Positions 15,268-28,914 of a DNA stretch of 64,000 bases are shown one piece after another (positions within the stretch are counted from its first letter, which is position 1; each line of letters opens with the position of its first letter). This DNA comes from the human T2T-CHM13v2.0 reference genome, Homo sapiens: assembly GCF_009914755.1 (NCBI RefSeq), contig NC_060929.1; one strand, 5' to 3'. The notes under the pieces were generated by a model. That model was not told the origin of the DNA. It ran no database searches and saw only the letters and a list, made by a program, of their open reading frames with translations. The translations under genes were made by a program, and so were the position numbers.

Positions 15268-16353
15268 AAATTTGGATGCTTTTTATTTCCTTTCCTTGCC
15301 TAATTGCTCTGGCTGTGACTTCCAGTTCCACGTGAAATAGAAGTGGTGAAAGCAAGTCTTCTTGCCTTGATTCTAATCTTATAGAAAATGCTTTTATTCT
15401 TTTACCATTGAGTATGATATTCACTGTGGGTTTTTCATATGTCTTTTATGATATTGAGATAGTTTCCTTCTATTTTTAGCTTGTTGAATGTTTCTGTCAT
15501 GAAAAGGTGTTGAATTTTGTCAAATGCTTTTTATGTATCAGTTGAGATGATCATGTGGTTCCTCCTGCTTCATTCTGTTAATACGTTATATCAAATTGTT
15601 GAATTTTGATACGCTAGATTATTCTTGTATTCCAGGAATAAATCCCACTTGGCCATAGTTTATAATCTTTACAATATACTTTTGAATTTGGTTTGCTAGT
15701 ATTTTGTTGATAATTTTTGCATTAATATTCATAAGGAAGAATTATCTGTAGTTTTATTGTAGTGTTTGTCTGTCTTCCATATCAGGGCAATGCTGACCAC
15801 ATAGATTGAGTTAGGGAGTGTTCCCTCTTCTTCAATATTTTGACAAAAGGTTGGAAAGGATTGCTATTAATTCTTTAAATGTTTGATAGCATTCACCCAA
15901 TGAAGCCATCAGGTTCATGGCTTTTCTTTGTCTGGAGATTTTGATTATTGATTCAGTCTCCTCACTAGTTATATGTCTATTCAGATTTTCTATTTCTGCC
16001 TGGCTTAATCTTGGTAGGTTTTGTGTTTCTGGGATTTTGTCCATTTTCTATAGGTCATCTAATTTGTTGGTGTACAATTGCTCATCATATTCTCTTTTTT
16101 ATTTCTGTAGCATTTGTACGTACCACTTTTATTTTTATTTTAGAAATTTGAGTCCTTTTTTGCTTAGTCTATCTTGCTGAAGAGTTGTCAATTTTGTGGA
16201 TATTTTTGAAGAACCATCTCTTGATTTCACAGATGTTCTGTATTATGTTTCTTTTCTCTATTTCATTTTTTCTTTGCTCTAATTTTTATTATATCCTTCC
16301 TTCTGCTATCATTGGGTTTCCTTTATTCTCTTTCTAGTTTCTTAAATCATAAA

Positions 16354-17223
16354 ACACTGTATTTTCCTTCCATTTGGTCTGGAGGTCTCTCATAGGAGAA
16401 GTGGTTATGAACTCTCACCCTGCACTGGCAGGGATCCAGGGGATTTGCTAGTGGATGATTACAATGTGCTTTTCATGGAATACTTCTTTATCCTAGCAGA
16501 TGGCCTAACGCATAAATGTTTGACCATGACCTGCTGTTCCTCACAGGAAAATTGTACTGGCAAACCCAATATTAGCTCTTATTTAACCTATATCTATTTT
16601 ATTCCTACCAAAATATCCAATCTCTAAGAGAGGCCTGATGAGGAAAGAAGCTAGTTTTGGATGTGTCAGTCAGGTGACAACCAGTAGAAGCAACTCAACA
16701 AATCACATAAAATAACAGAAGCAATGTATTACTTACAAATCCCAGCTAGAGCATGCCTCGCAGGGCCAGTGGGAAAAGGGAGCCTTCTAAGACATGAATG
16801 TTAAATCAGATGGTAGGAAGCAAGAGAGAGAGAATGGGACCTGTGAGCCAGAGCATCTGTTGGGGTCTAAGGCATTGCTCAAACTGATTTCTCATGGGGC
16901 ATACTAATTGGTGGTTTTGGAGCAAGCAGGCACAAGTTCTGTGGAGTCCCACTGTGACTGAAAGGTGATCACTCTGTTATATCTTCACAGTCCATTCAGA
17001 ATGTGGGGGTCAGTGGAGAAGGTCAAGTGGGTTGTACCTAGCTGTCCCATGGGGAGGTGGATGTATAAGGCAGATATCTCTATCAATCACCTTGAGGAAC
17101 TGGAAGGAGGCAGAGAACTAGAGACGGTGTCAAAGGTGACCAATTCTTGATTCTTGTATAAGACAGTCCAATTTATTTTCAAAATGGATGTTGAGGCACC
17201 ATAAATTGTAGGAATTCACTACA
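16354..17223 (-). mobile_element. Solo LTR, probably ERVL class (MER54/73/74-like)
   Basis: ~870-bp GC-richer block interrupting L1 ORF2, ending in gaattcactaca (tgtagtgaattc on the minus strand); L1 resumes in register after taaa. Confidence 0.6.
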
Positions 17224-18014
17224 TAAATTTAGGTTGTCAATAGAAGATCTTTCTTATTTTCTAATATAGGCATTTATAGCTATAAATTTACACCTTAACA
17301 CTGCATTTTCATTTGTCTCTAAGTGTTTTCTAATGCCTCTTGTGATTTACTCTTTCATCTGTTGGTTATTTAAAAGCATGTTGTCTAATATTCACAAACT
17401 TGTGAATTTTTCGATTTTCCTTCTGTTATTGAATTCTAATTTAATCCTGTTGTAGTCACAGAAGATACTTTGTATTATATCCATTGTTTTAAATCTAATG
17501 AGTCTTAATTTGTGGCATAACATATGGTTTATCCTGGAAAATGTTGGAGGAGCATCTGAGAGGAATGTGTATTCTGTTAAATCTAGTTAGTTTACTGTGA
17601 TGTTCAAGTCCTGTATTTTCTTATTATCTTCTTTCTGGTTCTGTCCATTACTGAAGTAGAAATGTCTACTTCTCCCTTCACTGTTTTCAATTTTTGCTTC
17701 ATATGTACACATGCACACTATATATGATATATGAACATTTATATGCACATATATACACACACATACACACACTATATATAGTATATATGTACACACTCTA
17801 TATAGTTTTCAAATTTTTAATTTTATGTGTGTATAGCATATAAATATATATATATATATGGGATATATTAGATATTTTGATACAGACATACAATGCATAA
17901 TAATTACATCAGGGTAAATGGGGTATTCGTCACCTCAAGAATTTATCATTTATTCATGTTACAAGCATTCCACTGATACTCTCTTAGTTATTTTTAAATA
18001 TACAATAAATTGCT

Positions 18015-18607
18015 AGTTCAACCATTGTGGAAGTCAGTGTGGCGATTCCTCAGGGATCTAGAACTGGAAATACCATTTGACCCAGCCATCCCATTACTGG
18101 GTATATACCCAAAGGACTATAAATCATGCTGCTATAAAGACACCTGCACACGTATGTTTATTGCGGCATTATTCACAATAGCAAAGACTTGGAACCAACC
18201 CAAATGTCCATCTATGATAGACTGGATTGAGAAAATGTGGCACATATACACCATGGAATACTATGCAGCCATAAAAAATGATGAGTTCATGTCCTTTGTA
18301 GGGACATGGATGAAATTGGAAATCATCATTCTCAGTAAACTATCGCAAGAACAAAAAACCAAACACCACATATTCTCACTCATAGGTGGGAATTGAACAA
18401 TGAGATCACATGGACACATGAAGGGGAATATCACACTCTGGGGACTGTTGTGGGGTGGGGGGAGGGGGGCGGGATAGCATCGGGAGATATACCTATGCTA
18501 GATGACGAGTTAGTGGGTGCAGTGCACCAGCATGGCACATGTATACCTATGTAACTAACCTGCACAATGTGCACATGTACCCTAAAACTTAAAGTATAAT
18601 AAAAAAA

Positions 18608-18637
<30 letters not shown>
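18015..18637 (+). mobile_element. Young 5'-truncated L1PA2 with (AAAT)n tail and 11-bp TSD
   Basis: ORF2 C-terminus uninterrupted to the GGN stop (track 18010-18396); 3' UTR gatgacGAGttagtggg and aaacttaAagtata (not the L1HS-Ta ACA/G); TSD aataaattgct at 18004-18014 and 18638-18648. Confidence 0.92.
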
Positions 18638-18642
<5 letters not shown>

Positions 18643-19377
18643 ATTGCTGACTATAGTCACCCTGTTGTGCTATCAAATACTAGATCTTATTAATTCTATC
18701 TAACTATATTTTTGTACTCAGTAGCTATCCCCCGCCCACCCCCAATCCCACAATTACCCTTCCCAGACTCTGGTAACCGTCCTTCTACTCTGTCTCTATG
18801 AGTTCAGTTGTTTTAGTTTTCAGCTTGCCCAAATGAGTGAAAATATGCAAAGTTTTTCTTCCTTTGTGTGACTTATTTCACTTAATGTAATATCCTCCAG
18901 GTCCGTCCATGTCAAAAATGACAGGATCTTATTTTTTTTTATGGTTGAATAGTACTCTGTTGTGTATCTGTACCACATTCTCTTTATCCATTCATCTGTT
19001 GATGTACACTTAGGTTGCTTCTAAGGCTTGGATATTGTGAATACTGCTGAAGTGTCTCTTTAAAATACTAATTTCATTTCCTTTGGATAAATACCCAGTA
19101 GTCAGATTGCTGGATCGTGTGGTAATTAGATCTTTAAATTTTTTAGGAACATCCATACTATTCTTCAGAGTGGTTGTACTAATTTACATTCCCACCAACA
19201 GTGTACAAGGGTTCCATTTTCTCCATATCCATATCCTTACCAGCATTCATTATGGCCTTTTGGATAAAAGCCATTCTAACTGGGATGAGATGATATTTCA
19301 TTGTAGTTTTGATTTGCATTTCTCTGATGATCAATGATACTGAGCACCTTTTCATATACCTGTTTGCCATTTGTTAA

Positions 19378-19554
<177 letters not shown>

Positions 19555-22500
19555 TAAGCATTCTTTGAGAAATGTCTATTCAGATATTTTGCTCATTTTT
19601 AATTAGATTATTAGATATTTTCCTATAGAGGTATTGGAGCTCCTAATATATTTGGGTTATTAATCCCTTTTCAGATTAATATTTTCAAATATTTTCTTTC
19701 ATTGTTTGAGTTGCCTCTTCACTTTATTGATTGTTTTGACATGCAGAGACTTTTTAACTTGATGAGATTGCACTTGTATTTTTGCTGTGGTTGCCTGTGC
19801 ATGTGGGGTATTACTTAAGAAATCTTTGCCCAGACCAATGTCCTGGAGATTTTCTCCAAAGATTTTTTAAATTAGTTTCATAGTTTGAGGCCTTAAATGT
19901 AAGTCACTAATCCATTTTGATCTTATTATTATATATTGCAAGAGATATAGATCTAGTTTCATTTTTCCGCATAGTGATATCTAGTTTTCCCAGCACCATT
20001 TATTGAAGAGACTGTCCTTTCCCCAGTGTATGTTCTTGGCACCTTTTTTGAAAATGAGTTCACTGTAGATGCATGGATTTATTTGGGGGTCCTATGTGCT
20101 ATTCCACTTGTCTGTGTATCTGTTTTTATGCCAGTACCATGCCAATTTGGTTACCATAGCTCTGTAGTATAATTTGAAGTCAGGTTCTTATGGTTTTGTT
20201 CTTTTTGCTTAGGAGAGCTTTGGCTATTCTGGGTCTTTTGTGGTTCCATATAAATTTTAAGATTTTTTTTTCTATTTCTTTGAAGAATGTCGTTGGTATT
20301 TTGATGAGGAATTGCATTGAATGTCTAGATTGTTTTGGGTAGTATGGACATTTTAACGATATTGATTGTTCCAATCCACAAACATGGAAATATTTTTTCC
20401 ATTTTTTGTATATCTTCCTCAATTTATTGCATCAGTGATTTATAGTTTTCGTTATAGAGATCTTTCACTTTTTTGGTTCAGCTTACTCCTAGTTGTCTTA
20501 TTTTATTTGTAGTTGTAGTAAATGGGATTACTTTCTTGATTTCTTTGTTAGGCTGTTCACCGTTGGCATGTAAAAATGCTACTGATTTTTGTATGTTGAT
20601 TGTATATCCTGTAACTTTAATGCATTTGTTATCAGTTCTAATCTTTTTTTGGTGGAGTCTTTAGGTGTTTCCAAATGTAAGATCATATAATATGCAACCA
20701 GGATAATTGGACTTCCTTTCCAATTTGGAAGCCCTTTATTTCTTTCTCTTGTCTGGTTGCTCTAGCTAGGACTTCCAGTACCATGTTGAATAACAGTGGT
20801 AAAAGTGGGTATCCTTGTCATGTTCCTGATCTCGGAGGAAAGGCTTTCAGTTTTTTCCCCATTCAGTATAATACTACCTGTGGGTCTGTCGTATATGTCT
20901 TTAATTGTGTTGAGCTATTTCTTCTATCCCCAGGTTTTTTAGAATTTTTATGATAAAGGGATGTTGAATTCTATCAAATCTTTATTCAGCATCAACTAAA
21001 ATGATTTAAAATACATCATTAGATTATGTAAGTGTTTCCTTTTATTTATTTATTTATTTTTGTAGGCACTTATAGCTATAAACTCTCCTCTTAGTACTGC
21101 TTTTGCTGTATCCCATGGGTTTTGGTATATTGTTTTTTCATTATTTGTTTCAAGAAATTTTTCAATTTCCCTCTATAATCTCTTCATTGACCCACTCATC
21201 ATTTAGGAGCATATTGTTTAATTTACCTGTGTTTGCATAGTTTCCAAAATTCCTCTTGTAATTGATTTCCAGTTTTATTCTATTGTTGTCAGAGAAGATA
21301 TTATTTCTATTTTTTGGAATGTTTTCAGACTTGTTTTGTGACCTAACATATGGTCTATCCTTGAGAATGATCCATGTGGTGAAGAGAAGAATGTGAATTC
21401 TGAAACCTTTGGATAGAATGTTCTGTAAATATCTATTAGGGCCATTTGATATACAGTTCAGTTTAAGTCCAGAGTTTCTTTACTTGATTTTATGTCTGGA
21501 TGATCTCTCCAATGCTGAAACTGTGGTGTTGAAGTCTCCAGCTATTCTTGTATTGGGATCTCTCTGTCTCTTTAGTTCTAATATTATTTGCTTTGTATAT
21601 CTGAGCGCTCCATTCTTGGGTGCATATAAATTTTCAATTGTTAAATCCTGTTGCTGAATTGATCCCTTTATCATTATATAATCTTTGTCTTTTTTTATAG
21701 TTTTTATCTTGAAATCTATTTTGTTTGATAAAAGTATAAGGACTCCTGCTCTCTTTTGGTCTCTATGGCATGGCATATCTTTTTCCATCCCTCTGTTTTC
21801 AATCTATGTGTGTCTTTATAAGTGGAGTGTGTTTCTTGTAGGCAACATAAATCTATTTAGCCAGTCTATGTCTTTTAATTGGACAGTCTATTCCATTTAT
21901 ATTCAATATTATTATTGATAAGTAAGGACTTGCTCCTGCCATTTTGTTATTTATTTTCTAGTTCTATTATTGTCGTCTCTTACTTCCTTCTTTCTTTCCT
22001 TTCTTCCTTTTAGTGAAGAAGATTTTCTCTGGTGATATTTTTAAATGTTTTACTTTTTATTTTTTGTGTATGTGTTGTAGGTTTTTATATTTGAGATTAC
22101 AATGAGGCTTGCACATAACAAGTTTAACCCATTATTTTAAACTGATGACTACTTAATGATTACTGTAAAAAGAAACAAACTAACAAAGAGAAAACTAGTA
22201 AAAACTTTATGCTTTAACTTTACTACTCCCCTGCTTTATAACCTTTGTTGTTTCTCTTTATATCTTATTATACTGTCTATGTTTTGAAAAGTTGCTGTAG
22301 TTATTATTTTTGATATGTTGATTTTCGTCTTTTCACTCAAGATTTGAGTAGTTTAAATACCTCAATTACAGGGGTTATAATAGTCTGTATTTGTCTGTGT
22401 GCTTACAGTTACCAGTGAGTTTTGTACTGTCACATGATTTCTTACTGCTAATTAATACCTTTGTCTTTCAGATTGAAGAACTCTCTTTAGCCTTTCTTGT

Positions 22501-25057
22501 AAGATAGATCTGGTGTTGATAAAATTCCTCAGCTTTTGTTTGTCTGGGAAAGTGTTTCTGTTTCATGTTTGAAAGATGTTTTCACTGGATATACTATTCT
22601 AGGATAAAAGTTTTTTTTTTTTTTCCTCAGCACTTTACATATGTCATGTCACTCTTTTCTGGCCTGTAAGGTTTTCATTGAGAGAAGTTTTCTGTCAGAT
22701 GTATTGAAGCTCCTTTTTATGTTATTTATTTTGTTTGCTGTTTTTGGAATCGTTTCTTAATCCTTGATCTTTGGAAGTTTGATTAGAAAATGCCTTGAGG
22801 TAGTCTTCTTTGGGTTAAACCTGCTTGATGTTCTATAAGCTTCTTGTACTTGAATATTGATAACTTTCCCTAGGTTTGGAACATTCTGTTATTATCCCTT
22901 TGAATAAACTTTCTACGGCTATCTTCTTCTCTATCTCCTCTGTAAGGCCAATAACTCTTAGTTTTGCCCTTTTAAGGCTATTTCCTGTATCTTGTAGGTA
23001 TGCTTCATTCCTTTTTATTCTTTTTTCTTTTGTATCCTCTGACTATACATTTTCAAGTAGCCTGTCTTCAGACTCACTAATTCTTTCTTCTGCTTGATCA
23101 GTTCTGTTGTTGAGAGACTGATGCATTCTTCAGTACATCAATTGAATTTTTCAGCTCCAACATTTCTGTTTGATTTTTAAAAATTATTTTAATCTCTCTC
23201 TTACATTTATCTGCTGGGACTCTGAATTTCTTCTGTGTTTTATCTTGAATTACTTTGAGTTTCCTCGAGGAAGGTATTTTTGTATTCTCTGAGAAGTCAC
23301 ATATATCTCTCACTCCTAGATTGGCCCACTAATGCTTTCTTTATTTTGTTTAGTGAGGTCATGTTTTCCTGGATGGTATTTGTTGCTTGTGGATGTTTGT
23401 TGATATTTGTGCATTAAATATTTAGATATTAGATATTTATTATAGTCTGGACTTATTTGTATTTATCCTTCTTGGGAAGGCTTTCCAAGTATTTAAGAGG
23501 AATTCAGTATTGTAATCTAAATCTTTGGGCACTGAAGCTGGCTTGTAGAGGTACCACCTTGGTGGTCTTGGGTTATATTTGGGAGAATTCCCTGTATTAC
23601 CAACTTGTTATCTTCTCTTACTTTCTCCTAGACAAATAGAGTCTCTCTTTTCATGATGAGCTTCCTGGAGCTGGGGGTGAGGTTATACAAGCACCATTGT
23701 GGCCACCAACACTGGGATTGTGCTGGGTCAGACCCAAAGTCAGCATAGTACTAGGTCTTACCCAAAGCCTGCAGCAACCACTGCCTATCTACCACAGATG
23801 TTTACTCAAGGACCAAGCATTCTTCAGTCAGCAGGTGGAAAATTCAGCCAGACTTTTGTCCTTCCCTCAGGGCAGTTAGCTGCCCCAACCCTCCAGCCTT
23901 GGACATGTCCAGGAATGCCATCTGGGAGGTAGGGTCTGGAGTCAGGGATTTTAGGAATCTACTTGGTGCTCCATTCTACTACAGCTTAGCTGGCACCCAA
24001 GCATCAAGACAAAGTCCTTCCCACTCTTCCCTCCCTTTTCCATAAGCAGAGGAGTCCCTTCCCATGGCCACCACTGTCCCAGGCCCCTAGTGAATGCTAC
24101 TGGGCTACCATTGATGTTCACTCTAGGCCCAAAGGTCTTTAGTTAGCTTGTGGCAAATGCTACCAGGCCTGGGTCTCTCCCTTCAAGGAATTGGGTTCAC
24201 CTGTAACCAAGGGTGGTTCCAGAAATGCCATTCAGGAGCCACAGCTTAGAATCTGGAACCCCAGGAGCCCACTTAGTAATCTACCCCACTGTGGCTAATC
24301 TGGTTCCCAAGCTGCAAGACAAAGTCTCCTTTACTCTTTTCTTTCCTCAAGCAGAAGGAGTCTGTCCTCATGGTCACCATAGCTGGTAATGTACTGGGTC
24401 ACACCTGAAGCCAGCATAGCCCTAGGTCTCACCTGAGGCCCTTAGCCACTGAGGTTCATTCATGGCCCATGGGCTTATTAGTCAGCAAGTGATGAATCCT
24501 ACCAGGACTGGTAGGATTCCCAGGGAAGCAGCTTCCGTTATGGCCTAGGGTGTGTCTATATATGTCATTCAGGAGCTAGGGCCTGGAATGGGGGCCTCTG
24601 GATTCCACTTGGTAACCTCTTTTAAGGGCTGTGTTTGCACTAGTATCTAAGTTGCAAGGCAAAGTCCTCTTTACTGTTTCCCTTTTTCTCCTCAAGCAGA
24701 AGGAAGGAGTCTCTTCTAGAAATGTGAGTTGTACTGCCTATGGTTAGGGGAGGAGTGACACAAGCACTCCCTTGGCTGCCCTGGCTGGTGTCTCGCTAGG
24801 TCATAGGCACCCCAAATTCACTGGCTCTGAGCTCAGCAGAGCACCAGTACTTGCACAGGAATTGCAGTCCTTGTGGCCTAGACTGCCTTTCAAGTTTACT
24901 TTGGACCACAGAGCACTTTAGCCTATAGTGGTGGGCTAGCCAGAATTCAGGTTCTGATTGCTGAGATGGGTAACTTCCCTCTGGCTAATCTAAATGCTCC
25001 CTCTATTGTCACCCACTGAGTTCTGCTTTATGTTGCTTTTTGCTATGACAAGTTAGT

Positions 25058-27340
25058 TGATACAGTTTGACTGTGTCCCCACCCAAATATCATCCTGAAT
25101 TTTCGTGTGTTGTGGGAGGAACCCGGTGGGAGGTAATTGAATCATGGGGACAGGTCTTTCCCATGGTGTTCTTGTGATACAGAATAAGTCTCATGAGATC
25201 TGATGGCTCTATAATGGGGAGTTTCCCTGCAAACGCTCTCTCTTTGCCTATTGCCATCCATGTAAGATGTGACTTGCTCCTCCTTGCCTTCCACCATGAT
25301 TATGAGGCTCCCCCAGCGACGTGGAACTGTAAGTCCATTAAACCTTTTTGTTTTGTAAATTGCCCAGTCTCAGGTATGTCTTTATCAGCAGTATGAAAAT
25401 GGACTAATACACTAAATTGATGCCAGTAGAGTGGGGCACTGCTGAAAAGATACCCAAAAATGTGGAAAAGACTTTGGAACTGGGTAACAGGCAGAGGTTG
25501 GAACAGTTTGGAAGGCTCTGAAGAAGACAGGAAAATGTGGGAAAGTTTGAAACCTCTATAGACTTGTTGAATGGGTTTGACAAAAATGCTGACAGTGATA
25601 TGAACAATAAGATCCAGTCTGAAGTGGTCTCAGATGGAGATGAGGCGCTTGTTGGGAGGTGGAGCAAAGATGACTCTTGTTATGTTTTAGCAAAGAGACT
25701 AGTTGCATTTTGCCCCTGCCCTGGAGATTTGTGGAACTTTGAACTTGAGAGAGATGATTTAAGCTATTTGGCAGAAGAAATTTCTAAGCAGCAAAGCATT
25801 CAAGAAGTGACTTGGGTGCTGTTAAATGCATTCAGTTTTATAAAAGAAGTAGATCATAAAATTTCAGAAAATTTGCAGCCTGACAATGCAATAGAAAAGA
25901 AAATCCCATTTCTTGAGGAGACATTCAAGCCAGCTGCAGAAATTTGCTTAAGTAATGAGGAGCCAAATGTTAATCCCCAAGACAATGGGGAAAATATCTC
26001 CAGGGCATGTCAGAGGTCTTCAAGGCATTCCCTCCCATCACAGGTCAGGAGGCCTAGGAGGAAAAAGTAGTTTCATGGGCTGGGACCAGGGTGTCTGTGC
26101 TGTGTGCAGCTTAGGGACTTGGTGTCCTGCATCCCAGTCACTCCAGCCATGGCTGAAAGGGGCCAACATAGAGCTTGGGCCATGCTTTCAGAGGGTGCAA
26201 GTCTCAAGCCTTGGCAGCTTTCATGTGAGGTTGGGCCTGCAGGTGCACAGAAGTCAATAATTGAGGTTTGGGAACCTCTACCTAGATTTCAGAGGATGTA
26301 TGGAAATGCCTGGATACAGAGACACAAGTGTGCTGCAGGAGTGGGGCCCTCATGGAGAACCTCTGTTAGGGCAGTGCAGAAGGGAAATGTGGGGTCAGAG
26401 CCCCCACACAGAGGCCCTACTGAGGCACCACCTATTGGAGCTGTGAGAAGAGCACCATCATCCTCCAGACCCCAGAATGGTAGATCCACCAACAGCTTGC
26501 ACCATGGAAAAGCACATGGAAAAGATGCACACTCAATGCTAGCCCATGATAGCAGTCAGGAGGGAAGCTGTATGCTCCAAAACCACAGGGCAGAGCTGCC
26601 CAAGACCATGGGAACCCACCTCTTGCATCAGTGTGATCCAGATACAAGACATGGAGTCAAAGGAGAGAGATTATTTTGGAGCTTCAAAATTTGACTGCCC
26701 TGCTGGATTTTAGACTTGAATGGGGCCTGTAGCCCCTTTGTTTTGGCCACTTTCTCCCATTTGGAATGGCTGTATTTACCCAATGCCTGTACCCCCATTG
26801 TATCTAGGAAGTAACTAACTTACTTTTGATTTAGGCACAAGGGACTTGCCTTGTCCCAGATGAGATGTTTGACTGTGGACTTTTAAGTTAATGCTGAATT
26901 GAGTTAAGACTTTAAGGGACTGTTGGGAAGGCATGATTCATTTTGAAATGTGAGAACATTATATTTTGGAGGTGCCAGGGGTGGAAAGATATGGTTTGGC
27001 TGTGTCACCACCCGTATCTCATCTTGAATTCCCATGTATTGCGAGAGACACCTGGTGGGAGGTAACTGAATCATGGGGGCAGGTCTTTCCCATGCTGTTC
27101 TCATGGTAGTGAATGAGTCTCATGAGATCTGATGGTTCCATAAGGGGGGGTTTCCCTGCACAAGCTCTCTCTTTGCTTGTTGCCATCCATGTATGATGTG
27201 ACTTGTTCCTCCTTGCCTTCTGCTGTGATTGTGGGGCTTCCCCAGCCATGTGGAACTGTAAGTCCATTAAACCTTTTTCTTTTGTAAATTTCCCAGTTTG
27301 GGGTATGTCTTTATCAGCAGCATGAAAAGGGACTAATATA
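25058..27340 (+). mobile_element. Complete THE1B MaLR provirus: LTR 25058-25411, internal 25412-26986, LTR 26987-27340
   Basis: Two ~354-bp LTRs (tgata(c/t)..tttg.ctgtgtc ... gactaata(c/t)a); internal ORF LLNGFDKNADSDM...FCPCPGDLWNFELERDDL typical of THE1-int; polypurine tract before the 3' LTR; 5-bp TSD ttagt/gtagt. Confidence 0.93.
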
Positions 27341-27856
27341 GTAGTGCTGTTTTCTATACAAAGTCTCACCATCACTGTATTCTGTCTCCCCCAAGCACAC
27401 AGATTTTTCCTCCATGCCATATGGCCATTCCTAGGAAGATGGTAGAGGGGTGGTGTCAACTATTCAAGACTATCTTTTATACCTTCTTCAGTGCCTCCTT
27501 TCTTGCTATTATGTTAAAACCAGGTACTGTGATCACTTGATTTTTGGTTCTGGTGAAGATGCTCTCTTGTGTGGACAGTTGTTCAATTTCGTGTTCCTTT
27601 GTGGCAGGAATGATCACCAGAGGGTCCTATTTGGCCATCTTGCTCTGTCTCCTTTCCTATGTTCACATATTTTAATAGGCTATTATTAGGCACATAAATT
27701 TTTATAATCATCATTTTCTTGCTGTATTGAAACTTTTATTAATATATAATGGCATTTGTGTTTTGTGAATTCTTTTGAATTAAAATCCATTTTTTCTGAT
27801 ATTAATATAACCACCTGTGGTGTTTTTTGGTTGCTATTTGCACAGAATATAAGTTT

Positions 27857-28156
27857 TCTTTTTTTTTTTTTTTTTGATTTAGAGTCTCACTCTGTTGACC
27901 AGGCTAGAGTGCAGTGGCACAAACACAGATAACTGCAGGCTCAACTTCCTGGGCCCAAGCAATCCTTCCACCTCAGCCTCCCAAGTAGCTGGGACTATAA
28001 GTGTGCACCAACATGCCCAGCTAAAATTATTTTTTGTACTTTTTGTGGAGACAGACTTTGACCATGTTGCCTAGGCTAGTCTTGAACTTGGGCTCAAGTG
28101 ATCCATCCACCTTGGCCTCCTAAAGTGCTGCACAGATGTGAGCCACTGCACCTAGC
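27857..28156 (-). mobile_element. AluJ
   Basis: Full dimer with AluJ features (ctgcaggctcaacttcctgggcccaagcaatcc). Confidence 0.85.
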
Positions 28157-28914
28157 AAATTTTCTATCTTTAAAATGTCAACGTATTTGTGTCTTTGAAT
28201 GTCAAATGTGTAAATCAGACAGCATAACATTAGATCACATATTTAAATCCATTCTGCCAATCTCTGTCTTTTTTATTAGAGAATTTAAATCATTTACATT
28301 TCAAGTAATTGCTGATAAGCAGATACTTTGGTCATTTTGATTCTTCTTGTCTGTATACATTTTAACTGTTTTTTTTTTTTTTTTTTTTTTTTTTTGCCTT
28401 ATTACCTGAATTTGTGTCTCGTTTTGTGTTTAACTGATTTTTTAAAAATAGTGAAACCATACTTAGATTTCTTTCTCATTTCATGTTATTCTTTAACTAT
28501 TTTGTTTATAGTTACCATGGGAATTACATTTAACCTCTTAATATTATAACATTCCTATTTTAATTTATATCAGGTTAACTTCAATAACACAAACAAGTCT
28601 GCTGCTTTAACAGTTCTGCCCCCACTCTTTCAGTTGTTGATGTAACAAAATTATATATTTTCACTTTGTGTGTTTAAGAAACATAAACTGATAATCTTTT
28701 AATGCGTTAGTCTATTAAACTATATAAAAATGTGGAGTGAAAAACAAATGTTACAATAACACTAGCTTTTATACTAATTTTTTAAAAAAATATATTATTT
28801 TCCTAAATCATGTAGGAAACAAAAAATGAAGTTACACACCATTTTTACAATAGTACCAACTTTCCTAATTTCCCTTGTATTTACCTTTATTAAGAACTTT
28901 ATTTCTTTATATGC

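Noticed and set aside
18452-18473. G-quadruplex-forming tract
   Set aside because: Normal G-rich feature of L1 3' UTRs, not locus-specific.
18015-18637. Active-lineage L1HS-Ta insertion
   Set aside because: It carries GAG rather than ACA and A rather than G at the 3' UTR diagnostic sites, which indicates L1PA2.
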